Of a stretch of DNA of 64,000 bases, positions 37,712 through 47,647 are shown one piece after another. Every line of letters starts with the position of its first letter. Positions within the stretch are counted from its first letter, which is position 1. The notes beneath the pieces are model-generated. The model saw only the letters and a list, made by a program, of their open reading frames with translations, did not search any database and had not been told where the DNA came from. The position numbers were made by a program, and so were the translations under genes. Source of the DNA: an uncultured bacterium (lineage in GTDB: Bacteria > Verrucomicrobiota > Kiritimatiellia > PWTM01); the NCBI GenBank assembly GCA_937935255.1, contig CALGXT010000076.1, forward strand, positions 1,658 to 65,657. The letters are read 5' to 3'.

Positions 37712-39247
37712 ATGCCCATCAAAGTAGCGTTTATCGGGGCCGGCAGCGTGGGTTTCACGCGCCGGCTGACCCAAGATGTGCTCACCGTGCCTGAGTTGCG
37801 GGAAACCGTTTTTTCGTTCACCGACATCAACCGCCGCAACCTCGACATGGTGACCCGGCTCTGCCGAAAGGACATCGAAAGCAACCGGCTTCCCGCCCGG
37901 GTCCTGGCGACCACCGATCGCCGGCGCGCGCTGGAGGGCGCGGATTATGTCTTCAATACCACACGTATCGGCGGGCTGGAGGCTTTCCGGCTGGACGTCG
38001 AAATCCCGCTCCGGTACGGCGTGGACCAATGCGTGGGCGACACGCTGGGGCCGGGCGGCATCTTTTATGGCCAGCGCAATGCGCCGGCACTGCTCGATTT
38101 CTGCAAAGATATCCATGAAGTCGCGAAGTCCGGCGCATTGCTGTTGAATTATGCGAATCCCATGGCCATCAACACCTGGGTTTGTCTGGATTACGGCGGC
38201 GTGCCGACCGTCGGGCTGTGCCACGGCGTCGAGGGCGGCTGGCGCCAGATCGCCATGGCGCTCGGCGCCGACCCCCAACACTGGCGCGAGGAGGTGGATA
38301 TCGTCTGCGCGGGCATCAATCATCAGACCTGGTATATTCGCGTGCTGTTTCACGGGCGCCCGGTTTCGGGCGAAGAGCTGCTGGCGGCGTTCGAGCGGCA
38401 TCCGAGCTATCGAACCACGGAGAAGGTGCGCATTGACGTATTGCGGCGATTCGGATTCTACAGCACGGAATCCAACGGCCACCTCTCCGAATACGTGCCG
38501 TGGTACCGCAAACGCCCCAAAGATATCCGGCGCTGGATAGACCTTTCCAGTTGGATCAACGGCGAAACCGGCGGCTACCTCCGGGTCTGCACGGAAGGCC
38601 GGAACTGGTTTAAGACGGACTTTTCCAAATGGCTGTCGGAGGATTCGCCAAAGCTCACGCCCGAACACCGCGGACATGAGCACGGCAGTTACATCATCGA
38701 GGCCATCGAAACCGGGCGCCCCTATCGCGGTCATTTCAATGTACGTAATTACGGCAGCATTCCGAACCTCCCGCCGGACTGCATCGTCGAGGTTCCCGGC
38801 TACGTGGACCGGCACGGTCTCAACATCCCGCACGTCGGCGATCTACCGCCGGCTTGCGCGGCGACATGCAACGCCAGCGTGAGCGTACAGCGCATGGCGA
38901 AAGAGGCGGCCGTGCGCGGTGACGTAACGTTGTTGAAGCAGGCGCTGCTACACGATCCGCTAACGGCGGCGGTCTGCGATCCGGACGAAATCTGGCGCAT
39001 GGCCGACGAATTGCTGGTGGCGGAAGCGCGATGGCTGCCGCAATACGCCTCTGAAATCTCCGCCGCCCGGCGTCGCCTGAAGCAAGCCCCCCCGCCGCCC
39101 TGCCCAAACTTCAAGGGTGCGGCGCGGCTGAAGGTTCGTTCCGTGGCGGAGCTGCGCGCCGAAGGCGAGGCCGCCCGCCGGGAGACGCTGGCCGCCGACA
39201 AGGCCGCGGCGCGACGAATGACGGACGCCGCGCGGCGCCGGGCGTAA
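37712..39247 (+). CDS. GH4 family glycoside hydrolase (NAD+/Mn2+-dependent alpha-glucosidase/galactosidase-like)
   Basis: The N-terminal Rossmann motif MPIKVAFIGAGSVGFTRRL is present. The GH4 core signatures CHGVEGG and GINHQTWY are present. A C-terminal extension follows. Confidence 0.85.
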   Translation: MPIKVAFIGAGSVGFTRRLTQDVLTVPELRETVFSFTDINRRNLDMVTRLCRKDIESNRLPARVLATTDRRRALEGADYVFNTTRIGGLEAFRLDVEIPLRYGVDQCVGDTLGPGGIFYGQRNAPALLDFCKDIHEVAKSGALLLNYANPMAINTWVCLDYGGVPTVGLCHGVEGGWRQIAMALGADPQHWREEVDIVCAGINHQTWYIRVLFHGRPVSGEELLAAFERHPSYRTTEKVRIDVLRRFGFYSTESNGHLSEYVPWYRKRPKDIRRWIDLSSWINGETGGYLRVCTEGRNWFKTDFSKWLSEDSPKLTPEHRGHEHGSYIIEAIETGRPYRGHFNVRNYGSIPNLPPDCIVEVPGYVDRHGLNIPHVGDLPPACAATCNASVSVQRMAKEAAVRGDVTLLKQALLHDPLTAAVCDPDEIWRMADELLVAEARWLPQYASEISAARRRLKQAPPPPCPNFKGAARLKVRSVAELRAEGEAARRETLAADKAAARRMTDAARRRA

Positions 39248-39304
39248 GTTCTCCGGGCAGCCGCGCGATTGGGGCGAGGGGGCTTTCGGACGAAAGGGCG
39301 AGTG

Positions 39305-40012
39305 ATGTTTTCGGCGGCGTTCGATCTTTTGTATCCGCGCTGCTGCGCGGGATGCGGACGGCCGGACCCCGATGCCGCGCGCTATTTGTGCTGGGACTGC
39401 CTGTCGCGCATTGAGTTCGTACAGCCGCCGTTTTGCGAGCTCTGCGGCGATCCCGTCGCCGGGCGCATCGGTCACGCTTATCGCTGCGCGCTCTGCTCCC
39501 ATCGCGCGGTATATTTCGACGCTGCGCGTTCCGTCGCCCGTTATGACGGGCCGATGGGCGCCCTGATCCGCAACCTCAAATATAACGGCCACCTCTGGTT
39601 GACGGACGATCTGGCCGATCTGCTGGCGACCGGCGTTCACACCCACTATGACGGCGTGCCGTTTGACGCCGTCGCGGCCGTGCCCCTCCATTGGAGCAAG
39701 CGGCGGCGGCGCGGATTCAATCAATCGGCGCATCTTGCCGCCGCGCTGGGACGACGGCTGCGCATCCCGTCCGCGCGCCGCTGCCTGCGGCGATGGAGAC
39801 CGGACCGGAGCCAGACGAAATTGACAGTGGCCCAGCGCGCTGCTAATGTCGCGGGCGCTTTCGAGGGCCGCTGGCGGCGTTGGCTCCAAGGCCGAAGAAT
39901 CCTGCTTGTGGACGACGTGATGACGACCGGCGCCACCGCCAACGAATGCGCGCGGGCCCTGAAAGAAGGCGGCGCGGCGACGGTGCATGTGATGACGCTG
40001 GCGCGGGGCTGA
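39305..40012 (+). CDS. comF: ComF family protein (phosphoribosyltransferase domain)
   Basis: The N-terminus has a four-Cys zinc ribbon (CAGCG...CWDC...CELCG). The C-terminus has a PRTase motif (ILLVDDVMTTGAT). Confidence 0.8.
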   Translation: MFSAAFDLLYPRCCAGCGRPDPDAARYLCWDCLSRIEFVQPPFCELCGDPVAGRIGHAYRCALCSHRAVYFDAARSVARYDGPMGALIRNLKYNGHLWLTDDLADLLATGVHTHYDGVPFDAVAAVPLHWSKRRRRGFNQSAHLAAALGRRLRIPSARRCLRRWRPDRSQTKLTVAQRAANVAGAFEGRWRRWLQGRRILLVDDVMTTGATANECARALKEGGAATVHVMTLARG

Positions 40013-40035
40013 ACCCGCGCAACCGAAAGAAAACC

Positions 40036-40908
40036 ATGCCCATTTTCGGTAAAAAACACTATACGACCGTCAGTGTCCGCAAACGCGACATGCCCGACGG
40101 CCTCTGGCTGAAGTGTCCGGCCTGCGAGGAAATCATCTACAAAAAAGAGCTCGCCGCCAATCATTCGGTCTGTCCGCATTGCGGCCATCATTTCCAGTTG
40201 GACCGCCGGGAGCGCATCGAGCTGTTGACGGAGCCGGGGTCGTTCGAGGAATGGGATGCCGAAATGACCAGCGTGGACCCCCTGGAGTTCTCCGGCGTCA
40301 GTCCTTACACCGAAAAACTGCGAAGCAACATGGAGAAAACCGGCTACCGCGACGCGGTTTCCTGCGGCCGCGCGCGGATCGGACCCCACCCGGTCGGCTT
40401 CGGCGTGATGGATTTCAATTTTTTGGGCGCGAGCATGGGGTCGGTCGTCGGCGAAAAAATCACGCGGCTGATCGAACGATCCACGGCGGAGCGTCTGCCG
40501 GTGGTCATAGTCTGCGCCTCGGGCGGCGCGCGCATGTACGAAGGCATGTTGAGCCTGATGCAGATGGCCAAAACCAGCGGCGCACTCGCGCGGCACGCGG
40601 CGGCGCGCCTGCCGTATATTCCGGTTTTGACGCATCCGACGACGGCGGGCGTCATGGCGAGTTTCGCGACCCTCGGCGATGTAATCGTCGCCGAGCCGGG
40701 CGCGCTCATCGGTTTCGCGGGACCGCGCGTGATCAAAGAGACGACGCAACAAGACTTGCCCGAAGGCTTCCAGCGCTCCGAATTTCTGCTCAAGCACGGT
40801 CTGCTCGACCTGGTCGTGCCGCGGCGGGAATTGAAGGCAACGCTGATCAGATTGCTGGACTTTATGGCGGGGCCTCAGGTCGCCTTCGCCGCGCCGCCGG
40901 TTTCGTGA
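40036..40908 (+). CDS. accD: acetyl-CoA carboxylase carboxyltransferase subunit beta
   Basis: The N-terminal zinc ribbon is CPACEEIIYKKELAANHSVCPHCGHH. The carboxyltransferase domain carries GGARMYEG. The ORF starts MPIFGKKHYT. Confidence 0.9.
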   Translation: MPIFGKKHYTTVSVRKRDMPDGLWLKCPACEEIIYKKELAANHSVCPHCGHHFQLDRRERIELLTEPGSFEEWDAEMTSVDPLEFSGVSPYTEKLRSNMEKTGYRDAVSCGRARIGPHPVGFGVMDFNFLGASMGSVVGEKITRLIERSTAERLPVVIVCASGGARMYEGMLSLMQMAKTSGALARHAAARLPYIPVLTHPTTAGVMASFATLGDVIVAEPGALIGFAGPRVIKETTQQDLPEGFQRSEFLLKHGLLDLVVPRRELKATLIRLLDFMAGPQVAFAAPPVS

Positions 40909-40960
40909 GCGGGCGACGCCGCACGGCGGCACCTCCCGCCCCCCCGCCCCCGCGCTTCGG

Positions 40961-41009
40961 CTTCCAACCCTTGGAAAAATTTCGCCAAAGTTTTCCAAGC
41001 CTTGGAAAC
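40961..41009. repeat. pair of palindromic repeats CTTCCAACCCTTGGAAAAA / TTTTCCAAGCCTTGGAAAC (locus C)
   Basis: Located downstream of the accD stop, in the same orientation as the other loci. The spacer is 11 nt. Confidence 0.8.
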
Positions 41010-41090
41010 TGAACGAGACGCGATTCCATCCATTGCCATCCGGACCGCGACTGGTCCGAACGGCATTTGCCGATCCCCTCTTTGCCTGTC

Positions 41091-41114
41091 CCTTTTTCCA
41101 ATCCTTTTTCCAAT
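41091..41114. repeat. tandem direct repeat of half-site CCTTTTTCCAAT x2
   Basis: ccctttttccaatcctttttccaatcgg lies in the convergent terminator region between accD and the GT4 gene. It has the same TTTTCCAA half-motif as the palindrome family. Confidence 0.6.
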
Positions 41115-41240
41115 CGGCGGCCGGCGCCCCAACGGGGTCGGCGTGTTTTCGGCGATAGTGCCCGCGGCGCGAGCGCAAGGGCGCAAGGGACAGAGACGAG
41201 TCTGCAAATCCTGGATGGCCAACGACCGGTATTTCGAGCG

Positions 41241-42380
41241 TTATCCCGGGCCTCGGGAACCGGCCCGCTGCCGTTGGGCGATCGCCGAGAAAACCTCCGA
41301 CCACGGGCGGGCGCACTCCGACCACGTGAAACGCCGCCCGTTCGCTCGGGCGCGTTCCGACATTTCGCGCCAGTGCGCGGCATCCGTCAGCAATCGCCCC
41401 AGCGCGTCGGCCGCGCCTTCGGCGTCGTCCGGACCGAAATACCGTCCTCCCGCCCCGCAGATTTCGGGCACCGCGCAGACATTGGAGCCTACCACAGGTG
41501 TTCCGAAAATTTGGGCTTCCACCGCGGGGATGCCGAACGACTCGCAGCGGGACAATAGACAGAACGCCATCGCCTCCGCGTAGAGGCGGTCGAGTTCCTC
41601 CCGCGCGACGAAACCGGCGAAACGGACGCGGTCCGCAACGCCCAGCCGCTCCGCGAGGCGGCGCATACGGCGCTCGTATTCCCGACAAGGCCAGGGGCCG
41701 GCGATCGTCACCGCGGCGTTCGAAACCGACGTCCGCAGCCGCGCCAGCGCGCGCAGGACGGTCTCCACGTTTTTGTGCGGCGCCATGACCGAGACGCAGA
41801 GGATTTGACCGGGGCGGCGCGGCGCGGTCTTCAGCTCTGCGGCCCGCCGATGGGTGGAATCGTCGGCCGCCTGATAAACCACAAAACCGCGCTTTTCCGA
41901 AAATCCCGCGTTGCGGCGATAGGCCTCGCGCATGTAGCGAGAATTGAAGACCAGAACGTCGGCGATCCGCTGGGCGCGGCGATAGGCCGCCCGTTGCAAG
42001 GCGGCCTTGGGCGCATCGCGGCGGCGGCGCGCGGCGGGCACGAGGGACCAGGGATTCTGGCAGAAAACGATCTGCGGGATATCCAGCCGCGCGGCGGCGA
42101 TGCCGGACGGCGTGAAATACACGTCCGCGCCGATTTCGCGGGCGACGCGCGCGAGCTGCGTCCGCTCCCACACGGAACGCTGCAGCCAATGTGCCGAGTA
42201 CTCCGGGGCGAGACGCCAATCGCAGCGCCCCTCCAACCGCTCGCGAAAGGCGGTCATGCTTTCGCGGCAGAGTAGCGCAACGCGAAAGCGGCCCTCGCGC
42301 ACCCACTCGCCCACATGCCCCAACAGCACATGGGCGCCGCTGGGGTTGGTCACCGATAGCGCGTTGACGAGCACTTTCAT
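41241..42380 (-). CDS. GT4 family glycosyltransferase
   Basis: The ORF starts MKVLVNALSV, with its ATG overlapping the upstream stop (ATGA). The C-terminal EX7E-type region (FCLLSRCESFGIPAVEAQIFGTPVV) is present. Confidence 0.8.
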   Translation of the reverse strand: MKVLVNALSVTNPSGAHVLLGHVGEWVREGRFRVALLCRESMTAFRERLEGRCDWRLAPEYSAHWLQRSVWERTQLARVAREIGADVYFTPSGIAAARLDIPQIVFCQNPWSLVPAARRRRDAPKAALQRAAYRRAQRIADVLVFNSRYMREAYRRNAGFSEKRGFVVYQAADDSTHRRAAELKTAPRRPGQILCVSVMAPHKNVETVLRALARLRTSVSNAAVTIAGPWPCREYERRMRRLAERLGVADRVRFAGFVAREELDRLYAEAMAFCLLSRCESFGIPAVEAQIFGTPVVGSNVCAVPEICGAGGRYFGPDDAEGAADALGRLLTDAAHWREMSERARANGRRFTWSECARPWSEVFSAIAQRQRAGSRGPG

Positions 42381-43459
42381 GACGGGCGCGCCCCCCGCGG
42401 GAATCCATACCAGTCCCATAATTGACGCGCCATGCGCTCCAGGGTGAATTCCGCGGCGCGACGGCGACCCGCCGCGACCAGTCGTTCCCGCAATGCCGTG
42501 TCTCGAAGCACCGCGCCGCAATGGCCCGCGAGCGCATCGAGGTCGTCGGCGGCGGCCGTCAGCGCCGCCGCGCCGGCGGCCTCCGGCAAAGCGCCCGCAT
42601 TCGAGCACACCACCGGACACCCCAGCGACATGGCCTCCAGCACGGGCATGCCGAAACCCTCATAAAGGCTGGGGAACAGCAAAAGGGCCGCGGCGCGATA
42701 CAGCGCGGAGAGATCGGCGTCCGAGACCCTCTCGAGAAACACGACGCGCGGTGCGGCGGCGGCGCGCTTGCGCAGTTCAAGCGTGGGCGGAGGGCCGGCC
42801 AGAACGAGGTGGAGAGCGCCGCGCTCAGACCCATCGGACCGCTCGCACAGCCGCCGAAACACCTCGATTGCGCCGGCGCGGTTTTTATACGGGGCGTTAT
42901 GGCCGACGTGCAGCACAAACCGCTTCGGCAAGGATTCATCCATCGGGGCCGGCGGCGGCAGCGGGCGCAGCGCCGGCGGAATGACCGCCGCAGCGCGCAC
43001 ATCGGCCAGCCGCATCAAATCGCCGCGCGTGGCTTCCGAATCGGCGCAAACGGATCGGCACTCTCGAAGCGCCCGCACGCCCCGCCGCACAATCATCCGC
43101 GCGGGCAAACTTTGCGCGCCGGGCAGCGCCCCCCGCATCTGGCGCACGGGAATCAGATCGTGGACGGTGATCCAGGTCCGCTCGCGGACGGCGCGCGGCA
43201 GAAAGGCCGACATCGAGCCGTCGAGCAAGTGGTAGGCGTCCGCCGAAGCTCGGCGGAGCGCGCCGCGAAAATGGCGAAGCCGCCAAAAATGCTGCCGCCA
43301 GAGATCGCCGCCCGCGCGGGGGTCGAACGCGTCGCAGAATCCGATCCGAACCCCGGGGGGCGGATCGAGCGCCAGCGCCCGCGCCACAAGGTCGGCGTAC
43401 GCCGCCATGCTGCCGGGCGCTCCGGGCGGCGCGCTGCGGATCAGCGCGAGGCGGGGCAT
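42377..43459 (-). CDS. GT4 family glycosyltransferase
   Basis: The ORF starts MPRLALIRS. A GT4 C-terminal motif (LLFPSLYEGFGMPVLEAMSLGCPVV) is present. Only the last ~360 aa of the 996-aa ORF are real; the rest is Arg-rich artefact. Confidence 0.75.
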   Translation of the reverse strand: MPRLALIRSAPPGAPGSMAAYADLVARALALDPPPGVRIGFCDAFDPRAGGDLWRQHFWRLRHFRGALRRASADAYHLLDGSMSAFLPRAVRERTWITVHDLIPVRQMRGALPGAQSLPARMIVRRGVRALRECRSVCADSEATRGDLMRLADVRAAAVIPPALRPLPPPAPMDESLPKRFVLHVGHNAPYKNRAGAIEVFRRLCERSDGSERGALHLVLAGPPPTLELRKRAAAAPRVVFLERVSDADLSALYRAAALLLFPSLYEGFGMPVLEAMSLGCPVVCSNAGALPEAAGAAALTAAADDLDALAGHCGAVLRDTALRERLVAAGRRRAAEFTLERMARQLWDWYGFPRGARPS

Positions 43460-44808
43460 GGCGTCTCCGATCCGGCGGAGGGAATCCACTCCGCGAAGGA
43501 AAAGAACAAGCCGGCGAGCAGCGCCAGCAAGAGGGCGATGAAGGGATCGCCGTACACCTGGGCCGAAACGATGCCCGCGCTCAGATTGGCCGCCAGGATG
43601 GCCACGATCCCGGCGCCGACCGGAAACTCCTCCGAGGCGGCGATTCGCCGTAACACGTGATAGGCCGTAAGCGCCATCAGGATCAGCAGCGAGCAGAACA
43701 GGAGCGCGCCCGGCACGCCCAGTTCGGCGACCAGCTTGGTCGGCCCGCTCTCCTGCCAGGTGTTGGGCATTTCGGCGCGTATGTGGTGGACGCCCTGTTG
43801 CCCCATTCCCAGGCCGTAGCCCCAGAACCCGGCCTGCTCGAGGGTGCCCCAGACGGCGGCCACGCCATGCCGCCACACCTGCTCCTCGGCTTCGTCGAAT
43901 GCCGTAAGATAAAACCGTTGCACCGGATCGTCGCGCAGATGATGGGTGACGATATAGAATCCCAGCCCCACCGCGAGCACCGACGCCGCCCCCGCCAGCG
44001 CCCAACGACGCAGCCCCTGGAACCAGGCGACTTCGACGAGATAGACGCCCAAAAAGATCGGAATCATCGAAATCATTTTGCGCCGGCCGCACAGCCAGAT
44101 ATTGACGAAACCCCAGGCGGCGGCGGCGATCCAGCCCCAACGAGCCGCGCCGCGCGCTCGGGCCGCGAGCACGAGGGCCCCCATCAGCGCGAGCGCCGCG
44201 TGCCATCCCATGACGTCGGGACTTCGGAAAAAGCCGGCCAACATATACACCGCCTCGCCGGTGCGATGCGTCACCCACACGTGACCCAGCGCTTCCGTGC
44301 CGACGGCCGCATACCGCGCGCTCCAGCCCAGACGGTCGAGCGGCCCGCCCAGCAGCGCCGCCGACGCCGCCAAGACATAGAACGCCAGGGCCCGACGAAC
44401 GTCGGCGGGGTTCATCGGATAACGCCAGCCGCAACACAACACCCCGAACGTGGTCGCATACACCAAAGCGCCCAGCGCGGTCACCTGCCAGGTATTGCGC
44501 CCATAGCTCGCGGACAGCATCGCCGGCACGATCAAATAGGCGCCGAAAATCTTCAACGCGCGCCCCAATCGCGGAAACCGGAAAATGAAAAACGCCGGGC
44601 GCACGGCGCCCGACGCCAGCGCGGCGCCAAAAAGCGTCATCCATACCGGCACCGTGCTCATCGCGTAATAGCCGGGCGCGCCGGGAATGAGCTTGCGCAA
44701 AGGGTCCTGCACCAGACCGACGACCACGGCCGCGAAAACCCCTTTGCGCCAATCCCGCAGCGCGACGGCGCAGGCGGCAAGGATGAGCATGGGCAGGAGC
44801 AAGAACAT
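43441..44808 (-). CDS. O-antigen ligase/polymerase family membrane protein (Wzy/WaaL-like)
   Basis: A 455-aa polytopic membrane protein with about 10-12 transmembrane segments and a large periplasmic loop. The pattern is typical of Wzy_C. Confidence 0.7.
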   Translation of the reverse strand: MFLLLPMLILAACAVALRDWRKGVFAAVVVGLVQDPLRKLIPGAPGYYAMSTVPVWMTLFGAALASGAVRPAFFIFRFPRLGRALKIFGAYLIVPAMLSASYGRNTWQVTALGALVYATTFGVLCCGWRYPMNPADVRRALAFYVLAASAALLGGPLDRLGWSARYAAVGTEALGHVWVTHRTGEAVYMLAGFFRSPDVMGWHAALALMGALVLAARARGAARWGWIAAAAWGFVNIWLCGRRKMISMIPIFLGVYLVEVAWFQGLRRWALAGAASVLAVGLGFYIVTHHLRDDPVQRFYLTAFDEAEEQVWRHGVAAVWGTLEQAGFWGYGLGMGQQGVHHIRAEMPNTWQESGPTKLVAELGVPGALLFCSLLILMALTAYHVLRRIAASEEFPVGAGIVAILAANLSAGIVSAQVYGDPFIALLLALLAGLFFSFAEWIPSAGSETPCPASR

Positions 44809-44823
44809 GCGGAACCGGCTGTT

Positions 44824-46071
44824 TCAAGCTTTGGGGGATACTAGCGTCGAACGCGCCGCGGCGACAATCCCCTCCATCGCGGTCTCCAGGCCAAACGCCC
44901 GAACCTGTTCCGCCGCTCGTTTCCCCTGCCGCGCGGCCAGCGCCGGATCGTCCGTGTACAGGTTCATCCGAGCGGCCAGCGCCGGAACATCGCCGCACTC
45001 GAAGGCGAAACCGGTTTCGCCTTCGACGACCAAATCCGCGCAACACCCCGCCGCGCGCGAAACGATCGCCGGGCGTCCGGAGGCCATCGCCTCGTTGACG
45101 ACCAGCCCCCAGGTTTCCCCGGCGTCGGACGGCAAAACCAGGACGTCCGCCGCGGCGTAGGCGTCCGGCAGACGCGACTGATTCAGGAACCCGGCGAAAA
45201 CGGCGGGAAGTTCGCGGTTTCGCGCGAAGTTTTCGCACTCCGCGCGCAACGGCCCGTCGCCCGCCACGAGGAGCGCGACGGAGCGCGCCAAGCGCGCCGG
45301 CGATCCTGTTTTTTCCAGGGCGCGCAATACATCCAGCGGCCGTTTCTTCGGCTCGAGTTTCCCGCAAAACAGGAACACGACGGCATCCGCCGGCAGGCCG
45401 AAACCGGCGCGCAGTTCCGCGCGGCGGCCCGCGCGCTCCGCGGCGGCGGCGGCGAACCGGTCGTTATCCACCGCGTAGGGCGCCCAGAAGATGCGCTCCG
45501 CCGGGCAACCGTGAAAATGATAGAAATCGCGATTGGCCGCGCCGATGGCGAGATAGGCGCGATATTGTCGCAGCCAAAGCCGGTGCATCGCATGTTTCCA
45601 GACGGCGCGCGCCCGCAAAAGGTTCGCCTCGCAACGCACGAGACAGGGGATGCCGAGCCGACGGCAGGCCGCCAGCGCCTGCACGCAGGCCTTCACAACC
45701 CAGCCGTTGACGAGCACGGCGTCCGGCCGGGCTTCGCGGAATCGGCGATAAATCTCCGGCGTGTCGCAGCCGCCGAACCGAACGACAGAGGGCGCGCGCG
45801 CCACATTGCGCAGCACTTCATGGCGATAGCCGCCGAGCAGCGGCGCATCCCACTCGAACGCGACGCCGAAGCCCGCGCCCTGCCGCGCGGCGTCCGGAAT
45901 CATGGCGTAATATACCGTCACATCGAGGCGCGGATCGGCGGCCAGCCGCCGGAACAACGGCGCCTTGTATTGGATCGGGTGGGACTCCACGATCGCGAGG
46001 CGGCAAGGCGCGCGCGAGGAACGGTCCGCTTCGGCGTCCGGAGGGGGCGGCGCGGCGTTTGAAATTCTCAT
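44824..46071 (-). CDS. GT4 family glycosyltransferase
   Basis: The ORF starts MRISNAAPP. The C-terminal motif is LLVLPSDAGETWGLVVNEAMASGRPAI. Confidence 0.8.
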   Translation of the reverse strand: MRISNAAPPPPDAEADRSSRAPCRLAIVESHPIQYKAPLFRRLAADPRLDVTVYYAMIPDAARQGAGFGVAFEWDAPLLGGYRHEVLRNVARAPSVVRFGGCDTPEIYRRFREARPDAVLVNGWVVKACVQALAACRRLGIPCLVRCEANLLRARAVWKHAMHRLWLRQYRAYLAIGAANRDFYHFHGCPAERIFWAPYAVDNDRFAAAAAERAGRRAELRAGFGLPADAVVFLFCGKLEPKKRPLDVLRALEKTGSPARLARSVALLVAGDGPLRAECENFARNRELPAVFAGFLNQSRLPDAYAAADVLVLPSDAGETWGLVVNEAMASGRPAIVSRAAGCCADLVVEGETGFAFECGDVPALAARMNLYTDDPALAARQGKRAAEQVRAFGLETAMEGIVAAARSTLVSPKA

Positions 46072-46748
46072 TTTCTGAAGACCATTGCGTTCTCGTGATA
46101 CCACGGGCTGACCTGTCCGCTTTCCCGCCAGACGCGGCGCAACGCCTCGGAGGCTTCCTCATCGCAGGCGAAGCCGGCCCGCTGAAACAGCGCCTTCCAA
46201 TACGCGGGGGGTTGTTCGTTGAGATGGCCGGTCCCGCCCTGGCCCGGATGCGCCGCGGTGATCAGCACTTGGGGCGCCAGTCGGCACAGCAATTCGACGT
46301 AGATCACGGCCAGATCGGCGGGCAAGTGCTCCGCGACCTCGGTGCTGACGGCCAGATCGAAGGTGTCGGGCGAGGTCCACGCGTCCGCCCCGATCCGAAA
46401 TCGAAGAACTTGCAACTGGCGTTCGCGGCAGACGCGCAAGGCGGCCCGGGCGTATTCCAGGCCCAGCGTCCGACAGCCGAGATCACGGAACGCGGCCAAT
46501 ATCGCGCCGGTTCCGCAGCCGACATCAATCACCGACGAGGGATGAAAGCGCTCGACCACGGATCGGGCAATGACCCACGCGCTGCGGGTCGCCGTCGGAT
46601 CAATGACCCGTCGAAAATAATCTTCATTATAGAGCCACTGAAAACCGCCGAGACGAATCGCCGCCGCCCGCATCCGACGAAGCGGACCGGACGCCCGGAC
46701 AGACTCCGGCGCCAACGCTCGATACACCGCGCGAATTTTGTCCATCAT
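46068..46748 (-). CDS. class I SAM-dependent methyltransferase
   Basis: The ORF starts MMDKIRAV, with a GGAGGAG RBS upstream. Motif I (VIDVGCGTGAIL) is present. Confidence 0.65.
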   Translation of the reverse strand: MMDKIRAVYRALAPESVRASGPLRRMRAAAIRLGGFQWLYNEDYFRRVIDPTATRSAWVIARSVVERFHPSSVIDVGCGTGAILAAFRDLGCRTLGLEYARAALRVCRERQLQVLRFRIGADAWTSPDTFDLAVSTEVAEHLPADLAVIYVELLCRLAPQVLITAAHPGQGGTGHLNEQPPAYWKALFQRAGFACDEEASEALRRVWRESGQVSPWYHENAMVFRK

Positions 46749-46783
46749 GGTCGGTGGCACTCCCAGCGCTTTCTCCTCCGAAT

Positions 46784-47647
46784 TCAAAGGGCGCGCCGCC
46801 AGGCGTTCCAGTGTGCGCGTACGCTGATCGCAGGATACAGCAAATCCAGCAAAACGCAGTCCCAGGCGCGCCGCCGAGCATCGGTCCGAACGAGTCTCCC
46901 CGTAGCGACGGTCAGGTCGCCCACCGCCGCGCGCAGCCGGCGAATCGTCCGGCGGTCGTCGGTCCAATTGCCGAAATACTTCCAACGCCAATAGGTGGTC
47001 AAGACGGAGGCGATCGTGTCGCGCCGCAAATGCCAGCAGACCGCCTGGGGCAGATAGCGCGTTTTTCCGCCGGCATCCCGGATTTTACGGGTGACAGAAA
47101 CGTCGTCGCCCGCCGCGCGGTTTCGCTCATCGTAGCCTCCCACGCGCCGCAACCACGCGAGCCGATGCGCGTGATTCGCCCCGAACAATACCGGCGGGTC
47201 GTCCCGCGGGCGGTCGCCGTAATTTTGCCGCAAATGCGCCGCGCGCCAGCGATCCGGCAACGCCGCCGTATGCTTTTCGCGGAGATTTCCGCAGACTCCC
47301 GCCAGTGCGGCGTCCCGCGTCATTTCCGCCATCAGCGTCGCCAGCCAATCCGACTCGGCCTGAACGTCCGCATCCAACGCGGCCAAAAAATCCGTCCGGC
47401 AAGCGGAGATGGCCGTGTTGCGCGCGGCGGCCAATCCCCGGTTGGACGGGTGCCGGATGACGCGCAAGGAGAGACGGAGCGACGACGCGACCTCCGCCGC
47501 GAGCTCCGCCGATCCGTCCGTGCTGCCGTCATCCACCCAAAGGCATTCTTCCGCGGGCCAGGTCTGCCGAGCGATCCCCCGGATCACGTCCGGGATATAC
47601 CGCCGGCCGTTGTAGCACGGCACATAGAGCGTGACGCCCGCCGTCAT
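46784..47647 (-). CDS. GT2 family glycosyltransferase
   Basis: MTAGVTLYVPCYNGRRYIPDV, WVDDGSTDGS and ALDADV (DxD) are present. Confidence 0.75.
   Translation of the reverse strand: MTAGVTLYVPCYNGRRYIPDVIRGIARQTWPAEECLWVDDGSTDGSAELAAEVASSLRLSLRVIRHPSNRGLAAARNTAISACRTDFLAALDADVQAESDWLATLMAEMTRDAALAGVCGNLREKHTAALPDRWRAAHLRQNYGDRPRDDPPVLFGANHAHRLAWLRRVGGYDERNRAAGDDVSVTRKIRDAGGKTRYLPQAVCWHLRRDTIASVLTTYWRWKYFGNWTDDRRTIRRLRAAVGDLTVATGRLVRTDARRRAWDCVLLDLLYPAISVRAHWNAWRRAL

Noticed and set aside
43459-45367. N-terminal 636 codons of the 996-aa minus ORF (42377-45367)
   Set aside because: This frame overlaps the Wzy-like and GT4 genes in other frames and translates to Arg/Gly-rich junk. Only the C-terminal GT4 portion starting MPRLALIRS is credible.
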